Positions 8,771 through 18,149 of a stretch of 43,465 nt of DNA are shown piece after piece. The first letter of the stretch is position 1. Each line of letters opens with the position of its first letter. Location: NCBI GenBank assembly GCA_043811375.1, contig JBDRNJ010000008.1, positions 1-43,465 of the forward strand, in the 5' to 3' direction. This DNA comes from a bacterium (GTDB lineage Bacteria > Zixibacteria > MSB-5A5 > GN15 > FEB-12). Under the pieces are notes generated by a model. That model was not told where the DNA came from. It made no database searches and worked only from the letters and a program-made list of their open reading frames with translations. The position numbers and the translations under genes are program-made.

Positions 8771-10795
8771 ATGTCCCGGCAATATCACCCCGATAAATTC
8801 ATCTACGTATTGTTGCTGATGGTCGCGGTCTTTATAGCCGGTCGCCTAGGCGGAACGGCTCTGTTTGACAACAACTGGTCCTTTGGCCACTGGCAACATC
8901 TACCCACCGCGTACATTGTCGGCTGGTTGGGACTGTTGGTCGCTATCGGGTGGTTGTTAGCCATGAGAGGGAATCGGATCGTCTCGTGGTTGAGCACACG
9001 CGCAGGCACAATCACAGGTCTGGCGGCAGTGGTCGGTCTGCTGGTGCTGTTTCAGTTCGATTCTTTTCTTTACGGCGGCGGTAACCTGCGTATTGCCCAG
9101 GTGGCCCAAATCGATACCGTCATCTACCGCTGGTTTGAATTCGGTTCGATGCTGGTTATATCCCGGCTCGACAGTATCTTCGACCTGTTCGGCTTGCACT
9201 ATAACCGGGCCGGCCTGCTGGCCTGGAAAGTCTTTTCGTTCGGTGCCGTCTTGCTGACGTTGGCAGCGGTCGTGAAACTGGTTATCGAACTGACCGAAGA
9301 TGCCGTCAGACGTGTGTATTTGTTTCTCATTCTGCTGTCGGCGCCGGCTATGGTGCTGATGTTCGGTTATGTGGGGACGGAACCGATCATACTGGCGATC
9401 TCGCTCTGGTTCGCCCTGGCAGCCATAAGGCTGCAGAAACGGTTCACGCCGGGTGGTCTGGTATTTCTCTGGATGGTCGTTGTGATCGGGCTGTTTATGC
9501 AGTATCTGTCGGTCTACCTGATACCGGCAGCAGTGTATATAACCATCAGGGGTCGGCAGCGAAACCAGCGGCTGAGTCTGCCGGCACTGGTGGCAGGATT
9601 GCTCACTCTGGGTGGTCTGGTCGCTCTGGCCTACTACCGGGGTGGGTACGACCTTGAGTATGCCCGGCAAATCCTGTTTCCGGCCGGGAAACCGCCTCAC
9701 TCCGACTATGGCGTTTTTTCCGCGCGCCACCTGAGTGACCTGGCCCAACTAATCTTCTTAGCTTTCCCCCAAATACTGGTTGTGATCTATCTGATGGTCG
9801 GGGGTCATTGGAGCAGCCGCGTCAACCGGGGTACTGCTTCCTGGCTGTTGTTGCTGAGCCTGAGTGGCCTGACCACGCTGACCCTGCTCGACCCTGTAAA
9901 CAGTATAGTATTGGACTTCCCCCGCCTGACGGTGTATCTGCTGCCGTTGTCGCTGTTGTTGATCGTACTGGTCAGAGATCGCCGGACAACCGATAAAAAC
10001 CGGGGGCTGGCGTTGCTGGTGGCAATCTGCCTGATTCTACCGTTGAGTTACCTTCCCACCTATCTGTTTATATCCCGGGCTGACCCTTACATTACTGATT
10101 ATCTGGACAAACACGAGTCATTCAACCGGGCCGGTTGCCTGGCATTCCGCGACGCTTACTTCTATCGCAAGGATCTGGATGAAGCCAATGCCTGGGAACG
10201 GCAGTTGCCCCATCGTTCTCACGATCACCTGAACCTGGAGGGATGCCGGTTTCTGGCCGAACAGGGGGATGAGGCTGAGGCATTGCGGACTCTTTACGGG
10301 GTTATCGCCCAGAACCCATACTGGGCCGAGCCCCGGGCGCTTTTCGTGCAGATACAGATGCAGTTGAACCGCTACGATCTGGCCAAGCCCCAGATCGATA
10401 CCTGCTTGATGCTGGAACCGTATCGAAAAGAGTACCTGGCCAACCGGTACCACTACTACCGAGACACCCGGGACTACACCCGGGCACTTGAGGCGATCCG
10501 GGAGGCACTTGAGATTTATCCCCACGACCGCGAGTTGGAAACCGACCTGATGATCATACATTATCGCAGCGGCAAATTGCCGGTTGCCGATTCGATTGCC
10601 GGTGCTCTGATAGCGGCTGATTCCACGCTCGCCTATCCCTACCTGATCCTGGGGATGCTGGCCGAGGTACGGCGGGACACTTCGGCGGCTATCTCAATGC
10701 TGAATCAATTCATCAGGCTGGCGCCTAACGAACCGGAGACTCCCGCTATCATGGAACGGCTCAACGAACTGAAGTGGAACTCTGAAGAACAGTAG
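8771..10795 (+). CDS. Polytopic membrane protein with C-terminal TPR repeats
   Basis: Many hydrophobic segments (GT-C-like layout) followed by TPR-like helices ('ALEIYP', 'IRLAP'). Confidence 0.8.
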   Translation: MSRQYHPDKFIYVLLLMVAVFIAGRLGGTALFDNNWSFGHWQHLPTAYIVGWLGLLVAIGWLLAMRGNRIVSWLSTRAGTITGLAAVVGLLVLFQFDSFLYGGGNLRIAQVAQIDTVIYRWFEFGSMLVISRLDSIFDLFGLHYNRAGLLAWKVFSFGAVLLTLAAVVKLVIELTEDAVRRVYLFLILLSAPAMVLMFGYVGTEPIILAISLWFALAAIRLQKRFTPGGLVFLWMVVVIGLFMQYLSVYLIPAAVYITIRGRQRNQRLSLPALVAGLLTLGGLVALAYYRGGYDLEYARQILFPAGKPPHSDYGVFSARHLSDLAQLIFLAFPQILVVIYLMVGGHWSSRVNRGTASWLLLLSLSGLTTLTLLDPVNSIVLDFPRLTVYLLPLSLLLIVLVRDRRTTDKNRGLALLVAICLILPLSYLPTYLFISRADPYITDYLDKHESFNRAGCLAFRDAYFYRKDLDEANAWERQLPHRSHDHLNLEGCRFLAEQGDEAEALRTLYGVIAQNPYWAEPRALFVQIQMQLNRYDLAKPQIDTCLMLEPYRKEYLANRYHYYRDTRDYTRALEAIREALEIYPHDRELETDLMIIHYRSGKLPVADSIAGALIAADSTLAYPYLILGMLAEVRRDTSAAISMLNQFIRLAPNEPETPAIMERLNELKWNSEEQ

Positions 10796-10865
10796 GGCCG
10801 ATGCCTTCCGTTTGGTTCTCTCTTGGGATTATCCACAACCCGTGATTTGAAAAGGAGCATGGAAC

Positions 10866-12194
10866 ATGATTACCCGAAGGTTCCGTTATGTCGTAATCGT
10901 TGTCTTGATGCTTTTCACACTAGCAGCTGCACCGCATGCGACAGCCTGCGCAAAACTTGATTCGATTGCTGAATCATATGTCAAGCTTGTATTGAGAGCG
11001 GGGCAGTATGATGAAGACATGGTCGATTCCTACTTTGGCCCGGAGGAGTGGAAACCGAATGCGCCGGCGGATGGGAATCTGGAGCCGCCGTATGAGGCAT
11101 TCCTGAATGAGGCCAGGTCGCTCGCCGAAGAGCTTCGCGAAATCGACACCGATGAGCTTACCAGCCTTCATCTGAAGAGATACCAGTATCTTGAAAAGCA
11201 TATCGTTGCCTTGATTGGCAGGATTGACATGCTTTCTGGTAAGGCCTTACTGTTTGATGTCGAGACTATTACCCTGTATGATGTTGTACTGCCGCCGTTT
11301 GATCAAGCGTACTACGACAGCTTATTGCAAAAACTCGACAGACTGCTTCCGGGAGAAGGTTCCGTCGCAGATCGATTTAATGCCTACCAGGCGCAGCTGG
11401 AAGTGCCAAAGGACAAGGTCGAACAGATATTCAATGTCGGAGTAGCAGCAGCAAGAGAGCGAGTTTCTCGCTATATAGACATCCCGAAAGCAGATTCCGT
11501 TTCGATAGAGGTCGTTAGTGATCGCTGGTGGACTGCTGATTGTCGATACAAAGGACATGGGCACAGCCACATGCAGCTCAATATCGATCGTCCATTCCAT
11601 CTGGATCAAGCAATTACTTTTCCGTGTCATGAGATATATCCCGGACATCACCTGAGCTTCCTTTATATCGATAATTATCTGCTCCAGGACAGTGGTTGGA
11701 TAGAGTTCTCACTTATATCCGCCTTCTCACCTCTGGCGGCAATGATGGAAGGATCGGCGGAGTATGGAATTGATCTCACCTTTCCGAGGGCAGATTGGAT
11801 CAACTTTACCAAGACTACGCTCTGTCCAATTGCAGGAATCAACACCAGTCTCGTCGAACCCTACTATGATATGTTGCGACTCAAGTATCAACTCTATCCG
11901 GTGGAAAGTCACATTGCAAGGCAATATCTTGATGGCGAGGTGGATAGTGAAGAGGCAAAGACCCAGTTGTTGCACTACGCGATCTACAGTGAGGACGAAG
12001 TTGAGGCTCGTATAGGTGCCTATGACAGCTACCGAAGCTACGTTGTGAACTACTATATCGGAAAGGATCTGGTGTGTGACCATGTCGAGGCGGTAGCCAA
12101 AGGAAGCAATGACCAAGAGGCTCTTTGGGCGGCATTTGGCGAACTGTTGAAAACCCCACAGGTACCAGCGAATCTAATGAAGAAACCAAAATGA
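10866..12194 (+). CDS. Secreted DUF885-like putative zinc metallopeptidase
   Basis: AAAGGAG RBS; signal peptide; HEIYPGHH followed by EGSAEY and YVVNYYIG. Confidence 0.75.
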   Translation: MITRRFRYVVIVVLMLFTLAAAPHATACAKLDSIAESYVKLVLRAGQYDEDMVDSYFGPEEWKPNAPADGNLEPPYEAFLNEARSLAEELREIDTDELTSLHLKRYQYLEKHIVALIGRIDMLSGKALLFDVETITLYDVVLPPFDQAYYDSLLQKLDRLLPGEGSVADRFNAYQAQLEVPKDKVEQIFNVGVAAARERVSRYIDIPKADSVSIEVVSDRWWTADCRYKGHGHSHMQLNIDRPFHLDQAITFPCHEIYPGHHLSFLYIDNYLLQDSGWIEFSLISAFSPLAAMMEGSAEYGIDLTFPRADWINFTKTTLCPIAGINTSLVEPYYDMLRLKYQLYPVESHIARQYLDGEVDSEEAKTQLLHYAIYSEDEVEARIGAYDSYRSYVVNYYIGKDLVCDHVEAVAKGSNDQEALWAAFGELLKTPQVPANLMKKPK

Positions 12195-12317
12195 GACCAG
12201 AATCAACAATCAGCTTGGAGCGAGCACTGTAGAATGATTCTATGTGTGACAGTCAGGAAGTTCTCGTGATACCGTCAAAAACTCTATCTGGTTGCTTATC
12301 CGCAGGCGATACAGACT

Positions 12318-12407
12318 GGGTGGAGCACCCCCTGAGGTGCGTTTACAGTTCCTCTTCAATCAATGTATAAGAAGGAATAGAAACTCACCACAAGCGGTGA
12401 GCCACCC
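12318..12407. repeat. REP doublet (REPIN-like), GGGTGG family, copy 1
   Basis: GGGTGGAGCACC..GGTGCG ... CTCACC..GGTGAGCCACCC; a homologous copy lies at 39647-39882. Confidence 0.75.
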
Positions 12408-12443
12408 GCCAGTAGAGCGCGGTGGCTATCAGGTTCAATCGTT

Positions 12444-12487
12444 CGGTCAGGTCTTGCGTTTGGCTTGCCAAACGTGTGACCTGACCG
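12444..12487. repeat. Palindromic REP-like hairpin
   Basis: CGGTCAGGTC/GACCTGACCG outer stem with CGTTTGGC/GCCAAACG inner stem. Confidence 0.6.
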
Positions 12488-12559
12488 GTGACATCGCCAC
12501 ATTTATTGGCATCGCCACATTTGTTTAATTTTTTGGGAACATCTGGACTTGTGGAATGA

Positions 12560-12623
12560 TCGTAGGGTCACACCACCAACTTCGTCGGTTCACCCCGACA
12601 TTGTCGGTGGTAAGACCCTACGA
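12560..12623. repeat. GTAG-type REP-like palindrome
   Basis: TCGTAGGGTC...GACCCTACGA perfect 10-bp inverted ends. Confidence 0.6.
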
Positions 12624-12677
12624 AACACTATTAACCATCTTTTGTCACAGCCTCCAAATGGGCTTGGCCAGCCGGGG

Positions 12678-14264
12678 CTATAGAGGGATCATCTTGCAGT
12701 TGTCGGCGGATAGCTGCACGTCGCCCAGAAGAGACTTTTTTAACCGGAAGGTGATTTTCGACTTATCGTCGTTCAGGTATTCCTGAGAGGGCATGATGCC
12801 GAGAATATACTTGGCCACCAGTTGATTAGAGGCATAGTCATAAAGGCCGCTTTCGTTGGTATCGAAACGAATCCCATAGCGATAACCCTCGTTCGATAGC
12901 CGTCCGCCATACTGCTCATCAAACATGGCCGAACGGGCAGTCTGAAGGCGGGTATCGAAACCCACCAGGAGGTTGCCGGACGGCGGCTGACCACCTGAAG
13001 AGGTGAACTCACAGATCAGCCACTCCCCATTATCGAATATGCTGTATCCGTCTGCCTCGACAAGCAAACGCGAGTTTTCGAGGTCCCCGGGCAACAGCGA
13101 CATCTCCCTGGTTACCTGCCGTTCGACGAAGTCTTCGAAGCCGGATATCAACTCGGTCCACGATGGCGCCTCGGTCGCCGTCAGTATCATCTGTCGCACC
13201 GTTGAGTCCGCCAGAGTCTGCACCTGAGGGAGAGTGCCTGACAGTTCCCGGTACAACCGCAGATATTTCCGGTGATCCAGTCGATCGAGCAGAAAGGAGG
13301 TGAACAATCCGGCAACCGGATAGGCGATATCGGAACCGGCGTGAGCGTTGAATTGCGACTCCGTCAGCAGGGAGTCGATGGTAACGATATTCTCCCGGCA
13401 CAGGAAAGCGCCCAACCCGATCAGCGCCGACGGCGCCTTGCCCCAGCGTCCGCCGTAGCAGACCGCCAGACCCTCGCGCAACAACGGGTGAGTAGTCAAC
13501 GGCAGGCTGCCCAAAGAAATATTCATCAGCAGGTGAACAACTTCATGGTTATGGGGAAAAAAGGAGGAGATGATGTCATTGGCCGCCAGGTCCAGCATAC
13601 CCCTGGTTTTGACGCCGGTGATCAGCTCCACCGTTCTGTCGGAGTCACAGTAAAAGTACTCGATCTTCTTGGTGCGAATTGTCTTCAGGTCTGACCCGGA
13701 AAGTTTCAGCCTGTCAGCCAGGAACTCGACGAATAGATCAGCAGCCTCCAGAGTAACCGGGTTGAGATAAGGCTCCCGGTCCGGATGAAAGTGGATGCGG
13801 AAGTACTCGGTCTCCCTGGTAGCCCAATCTCGGCTGTAATGGTCCTGCGGGTAGCTCAGCCAGTAATAGCCGCCGTCAAAAACAGCGTAGTAGGTATGCT
13901 CGACCGGTCGCCCCTTCACCAGAGCCGAGTAGTCGAGTTTGACGCAACCGTCCTCCATTTCGGTGATCGATCGGGCCGGTGGTTGAAGATGTTCGCGCAT
14001 CAATTCCAGGTCACCCATGACAGGAGAAGCAGCATCGACTTTCAGGGGAATCCCCGAAAATTCAATACCAAACCGTGATGACCTCTCCAGCGCGGCCTCG
14101 GACCACATCTGCGCGGCCGATTCCAGATTGCCGGTAGTCAGCAGATTAAAGTATTCGATGAGTGTTTCGATAGCACTGTTCTCTTCCGACTCAGCCACGG
14201 CACCTGTTGCAGATGTGGCGATTATCATACCAATAATCAAGGTCACGGCCCGTAGTTTCATCAT
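12678..14264 (-). CDS. Secreted protein with gluzincin (peptidase MA-like) motif
   Basis: Signal peptide after a GGAG RBS; HEVVH...LREGLAV motif. Confidence 0.7.
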   Translation of the reverse strand: MMKLRAVTLIIGMIIATSATGAVAESEENSAIETLIEYFNLLTTGNLESAAQMWSEAALERSSRFGIEFSGIPLKVDAASPVMGDLELMREHLQPPARSITEMEDGCVKLDYSALVKGRPVEHTYYAVFDGGYYWLSYPQDHYSRDWATRETEYFRIHFHPDREPYLNPVTLEAADLFVEFLADRLKLSGSDLKTIRTKKIEYFYCDSDRTVELITGVKTRGMLDLAANDIISSFFPHNHEVVHLLMNISLGSLPLTTHPLLREGLAVCYGGRWGKAPSALIGLGAFLCRENIVTIDSLLTESQFNAHAGSDIAYPVAGLFTSFLLDRLDHRKYLRLYRELSGTLPQVQTLADSTVRQMILTATEAPSWTELISGFEDFVERQVTREMSLLPGDLENSRLLVEADGYSIFDNGEWLICEFTSSGGQPPSGNLLVGFDTRLQTARSAMFDEQYGGRLSNEGYRYGIRFDTNESGLYDYASNQLVAKYILGIMPSQEYLNDDKSKITFRLKKSLLGDVQLSADNCKMIPL

Positions 14265-14341
14265 AACTGATCTCCATTTCTTGTCATGGTTCGTGCGCAA
14301 TATAGCTGTTATACTTCATTTGTCCACGACTGACACAGAAT

Positions 14342-14370
14342 AAAAAGCGCCCCGGACACGGGGCGCTTTA
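14342..14370 (-). terminator. Intrinsic terminator of the TBDR-PorV operon
   Basis: AAAGCGCCCC-loop-GGGGCGCTTT stem with T5 tail on the minus strand. Confidence 0.7.
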
Positions 14371-14393
14371 AGGACCGGGCGCGGGTCAGCAAT

Positions 14394-15392
14394 TTAGAAT
14401 TCGAATCCCACTGAAAAGCGTTGGGTGGACTGTAGTCGTCCGAAATCCTGCCAGGCGTAGTCGATTACAATAGAGGTCTGGCTGGCGATCGGCAACGCCA
14501 ATCCTCCACCCAGGGCCAGGCCTTCCTCGTCGTAGTTGAATTTGTACCCTCCCCTCAGAAAGAACCTTTGGGAAAAGTTCCATTCAGTGCCCAGTGATCC
14601 CTGTCGAATCTGGTCACTGGGGTGCTTGAGCTCACCACTCAAGGTCATTATTGATCGCGGCCCCATCTCGACATCGTAGGCCATTCCCAGACGAAAGGTC
14701 ATAGGGAGATCGTAGGGAGTGCTTTTCAACTCGGCTCCGACGGCCTCATTCGAGCCCTCACCCTGGCGTGAATCATACGGCACCGACAGATCAGGACCGG
14801 AGAACTCAAGTTCCGGTCCCATGTTGGTGATGCTCATACCCAGGCGGAGAGATCGAAACCCCGTATGCAACATGGTTCCAAAATCGAAAGCAAATCCATG
14901 AGAGCTTTCCTTGTGGATTTTCTCACCGACGTATTTCCAGGTAGCGCCAAAGGCAAACCTGCCGGTCAATTGGCGGGCAAAGGAGATCCCGACCGAGTAG
15001 GAAGAAGCCGTGTAGAAATCTCCGGTACCGGACTGTTGCTCAAAAGTCGTGATTTCCTGATCATCAACCGACAGTATCGTGGCCGAGACTCCGAAAACAC
15101 CCACATCCTCAAAGTGGTGAGCAATAGCGGCGTAGTTGAGGTCGATGTCCAGCAGCCAGTTGACGTTGGTAAAACCGACGGCAGAGTTGTTAATCTCGGC
15201 CAGGCCGGCCGGATTCCAGTAGGCGGCGTAGACGTCATTGACGACGGCCACAGAGGCTTCTCCCAATGCCTGGTATCTGGATCCGACACCTATTTTCAGA
15301 AATTGGGCACCGCTGGTTCCTGCCGGTGAGTTCTGGGCTGAAACGGACCCCACCAACAACAGCAAAACTAAGACAACTGCAAACGCTCTCAC
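14394..15392 (-). CDS. PorV/PorQ-family (UPF0164, FadL-like) outer-membrane protein
   Basis: 'GAQFLKIGVGSR..ALGEA', 'YWNPAGLA' and C-terminal 'IDYAW..FGRL...RFSV.FEF'. Confidence 0.88.
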   Translation of the reverse strand: MRAFAVVLVLLLLVGSVSAQNSPAGTSGAQFLKIGVGSRYQALGEASVAVVNDVYAAYWNPAGLAEINNSAVGFTNVNWLLDIDLNYAAIAHHFEDVGVFGVSATILSVDDQEITTFEQQSGTGDFYTASSYSVGISFARQLTGRFAFGATWKYVGEKIHKESSHGFAFDFGTMLHTGFRSLRLGMSITNMGPELEFSGPDLSVPYDSRQGEGSNEAVGAELKSTPYDLPMTFRLGMAYDVEMGPRSIMTLSGELKHPSDQIRQGSLGTEWNFSQRFFLRGGYKFNYDEEGLALGGGLALPIASQTSIVIDYAWQDFGRLQSTQRFSVGFEF

Positions 15393-15404
15393 CTCTATCC
15401 TCCT

Positions 15405-18134
15405 CTATTTGATAACGGCGAAGCGACCAAGGTGCTCACCGTATGGCGACTCGACATGGAAAATGTAAATACCGGAAACCACCTGGCGGCCCACTTCGCT
15501 CTGCAGATTCCACCGTGCCAGACCGGTACCGTCGTCATGAACAACAATTTTAACAAGATCACCGGCCAGCGTGTAAATCCTGATAGTACATTTATCCGGA
15601 ACATTCTGAAACTCAATGATCGATTCTCCCTCAGCCGTTTCAACCATCGCCGAATACTGGGCGAAGTAGGGATCGGGGACGACCCTGATGTTTTTCAGAT
15701 CGGCCGACGCCTCGGCGGCGAGGATGCCGTCAACCTTGAATGTAAACCTGTCATCGGGACCGTTCAGGGGCGCCCCCTGGACGGTATAGACATCTCCGAC
15801 GGACGGGTTATATACCGTCTCATCGAAGCCAATCATCCAACTGTAGTTGTACGGGAACGCATACGGTGTAACGGTGGCCAGGGAATCATAAGGGTAATTG
15901 ACGATAGTGAGCAGGTCGTAGGGGTCGAAAGCTCCGTCGTCGTCCCAGTCATAAACGGCCAGCGAGACCCGCTGATCGGTGCCGATGTTCCAGACTTCGA
16001 AATCCACCCAATAAACAAAGTCGGTCCCATAGAAACCATCCAGAACCCACGATGCTCGTGTGGAATCCCCGGTATACCTGAGCTCGTAGCCGGAGCGATA
16101 GTTGGCGCCGCCAAAAACGTCGCCGTCGTCTCCGGTGAAATTCGGCAGGCAGGGACCGTAAAAGGAACCCATAACCAGGGTGGTGTCGCTACCGGCATAC
16201 GAAGTTTGCCCGTAGCCACGCGGAATACGGTCGCCATCATTGACTACCACCCGCAGACCCTCAACGACGTTGAAAAGATCGGCCTGAACGCTGGTTTTGG
16301 TCTGATCGGCCAGAACGGTATCGCCGCTGGATTCATTTATCAGGTGCCAGCAGGTCTGAGCCGGAGTGTCTTCGAATACCACGGCGTAGTTTGCTCCCTG
16401 AAGCGAGTCCTGATCAAAGACAATGGGCACGACCTCACCTGAAGACGCCTGTCCGATACCGGTATACTGGTGTTCAACCGTGGCACCGGCCGCATAGTAG
16501 CCGGCCGGGTTGCTGCGGGGGGTAACCGCCACTATGTTGGCTACCTGACCGGCAATCCCAAACCCGGACTGAAGCGGGTCAATACCGATCAGAGAATCAC
16601 CGGTGTCGAAAGCCGCCAGGCAATACCAGTACTCTACTCCATTGTACAGGCCGGTATCGACAAATGAGTGCGGAATCGGCCCTCCCGGTGTATTGACCGT
16701 GTAGAGAGCCAGGGTACTGTAATCGAGATCGAGGCAGTTATTGCCGGTGGCATAGTTGGGCTGGCCCCATGTCCGGCCCTGGTTATCGCTGCGATAGAGC
16801 TTGTAACCGACGAAGTCGTTGGTAGCACTCAAGGGGTCCAGGCCGGCTTCGGAAGTATCGTTCCAATGCAGGTAGACTTTGTGATTGGCGGCCCGAGCCC
16901 ACAAGGTCGGAGTCGGGGGGGGCTGTGGACCGACGAAGAAGTTATCATACAGGTCCTGGGCCAGCGAGGCGTTATCGCGGAAATCAGCTTCGTCAGCACC
17001 GGCCACCAGAGCGTAGACCACTCGTACGGTTTTGCCGGCAGCCAGGTCGATACCGCGCACGCACTGTATGTAGAACTGGTCGGTGGGCGGCAGCGATTCG
17101 TCAAATTGGGTGCTATTAATGAAAGCATACTTGCCGGCATCATCATCGGGCAGGAAAGCCCAGTCGTCGGTACGGAAAGCGGTCATGCCGACATCATCCG
17201 GCGTCTCCAGCAATTTGGTACCCAGAATACCGGTGGTGACGAGCGGTCCCCACCCGGGATCGTAGGCGTCGGCATCGTAAATCCAGGTCAGGTTCTCGGT
17301 GGAGTCAAAAGCCACCAGATCGCCCAAGCGGCCGTTTTCTCCCGTTCCATCAGGACCTCCGACATCGATGTCGATGTAGATTCCGAGAGCGAAATCGGAG
17401 TAGTCCGTTGTGGAGGTGTTGGTGATTTCGAGTACCACAAACATAAAATCTTCATTGTAGCAGTAGTTCCACTGGAGGACACTATGTGTCATTTCCAGTC
17501 CCATCAGTGATGAGCCTAAGGCGGCATCATTAAAACGGTAATGTGACTCCTGTAATGACGTGGGACCGCCGGCATAGAAGACGGAGTCCTGCGGATTGTA
17601 GACCTGGTTGTATTCCCAGCCGACCGAGTCACCGTTCCAGACACGCCAGCCGTAAGCCGGATTGCCGATGCCCAGACCGGTCGTATCTGAGAGATTATAG
17701 TCCAGATACCTGGTGGTGTCCGTGGAAAACAGAATCTTGTACGGATTGTCTGCTGCCGATAGTTCCGGGATAGCCTGAAAATCATCGTAGCTGTTGGCTA
17801 CCAGCGTGTCGCCGGACGCGTTGACAGCACCCATCCAGTACCTGACTTCGGCCAGGTAATCATGGCCTGAATTGCGCGGCCACTCCCCGGAGGGCAGGTC
17901 GTAATACATGTAGCCGCCGATATAGCCCCAATTGTCAAGGGTGGTAATGATGTTGCCCTTGTTGTGTATTACCTGATCGACAGTTACCGGCTGAGGCAGG
18001 CGCTGAGGGCCGCCGGGATCAGACGGTGGCCAGCCAGTACCCACTGGTTGTATAGCGTTAGTCAGCGTGGTAACACAAAACAACAGGAAAACCACTAACA
18101 GACAATGGCGAAAAGTCCTTGTCGGTAAGTTCAT
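15405..18134 (-). CDS. Large secreted protein with FN3-like region and T9SS/FlgD-like C-terminal sorting domain
   Basis: Signal peptide; 'GYKLYRS'...'YWYCLAAFD' FN3-like segment; DWDDDG Ca-binding-like motif; C-terminal 'IRVVPDPY...IRIYTLAGDLVK...WNL...SGIYIFHV'. Confidence 0.8.
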   Translation of the reverse strand: MNLPTRTFRHCLLVVFLLFCVTTLTNAIQPVGTGWPPSDPGGPQRLPQPVTVDQVIHNKGNIITTLDNWGYIGGYMYYDLPSGEWPRNSGHDYLAEVRYWMGAVNASGDTLVANSYDDFQAIPELSAADNPYKILFSTDTTRYLDYNLSDTTGLGIGNPAYGWRVWNGDSVGWEYNQVYNPQDSVFYAGGPTSLQESHYRFNDAALGSSLMGLEMTHSVLQWNYCYNEDFMFVVLEITNTSTTDYSDFALGIYIDIDVGGPDGTGENGRLGDLVAFDSTENLTWIYDADAYDPGWGPLVTTGILGTKLLETPDDVGMTAFRTDDWAFLPDDDAGKYAFINSTQFDESLPPTDQFYIQCVRGIDLAAGKTVRVVYALVAGADEADFRDNASLAQDLYDNFFVGPQPPPTPTLWARAANHKVYLHWNDTSEAGLDPLSATNDFVGYKLYRSDNQGRTWGQPNYATGNNCLDLDYSTLALYTVNTPGGPIPHSFVDTGLYNGVEYWYCLAAFDTGDSLIGIDPLQSGFGIAGQVANIVAVTPRSNPAGYYAAGATVEHQYTGIGQASSGEVVPIVFDQDSLQGANYAVVFEDTPAQTCWHLINESSGDTVLADQTKTSVQADLFNVVEGLRVVVNDGDRIPRGYGQTSYAGSDTTLVMGSFYGPCLPNFTGDDGDVFGGANYRSGYELRYTGDSTRASWVLDGFYGTDFVYWVDFEVWNIGTDQRVSLAVYDWDDDGAFDPYDLLTIVNYPYDSLATVTPYAFPYNYSWMIGFDETVYNPSVGDVYTVQGAPLNGPDDRFTFKVDGILAAEASADLKNIRVVPDPYFAQYSAMVETAEGESIIEFQNVPDKCTIRIYTLAGDLVKIVVHDDGTGLARWNLQSEVGRQVVSGIYIFHVESPYGEHLGRFAVIK

Positions 18135-18149
18135 GCATTGACCTCCGGC

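Noticed and set aside
12200..12260. Possible integron attC (CAACAATCAGCTTGGAGCG)
   Set aside because: No matching GTTRRRY end with a complementary stem, and no integron integrase.
15432..17510. Long + strand ORFs (336 aa, 280 aa) and similar antisense ORFs elsewhere
   Set aside because: Shadow frames of well-supported genes on the opposite strand in GC-rich DNA.
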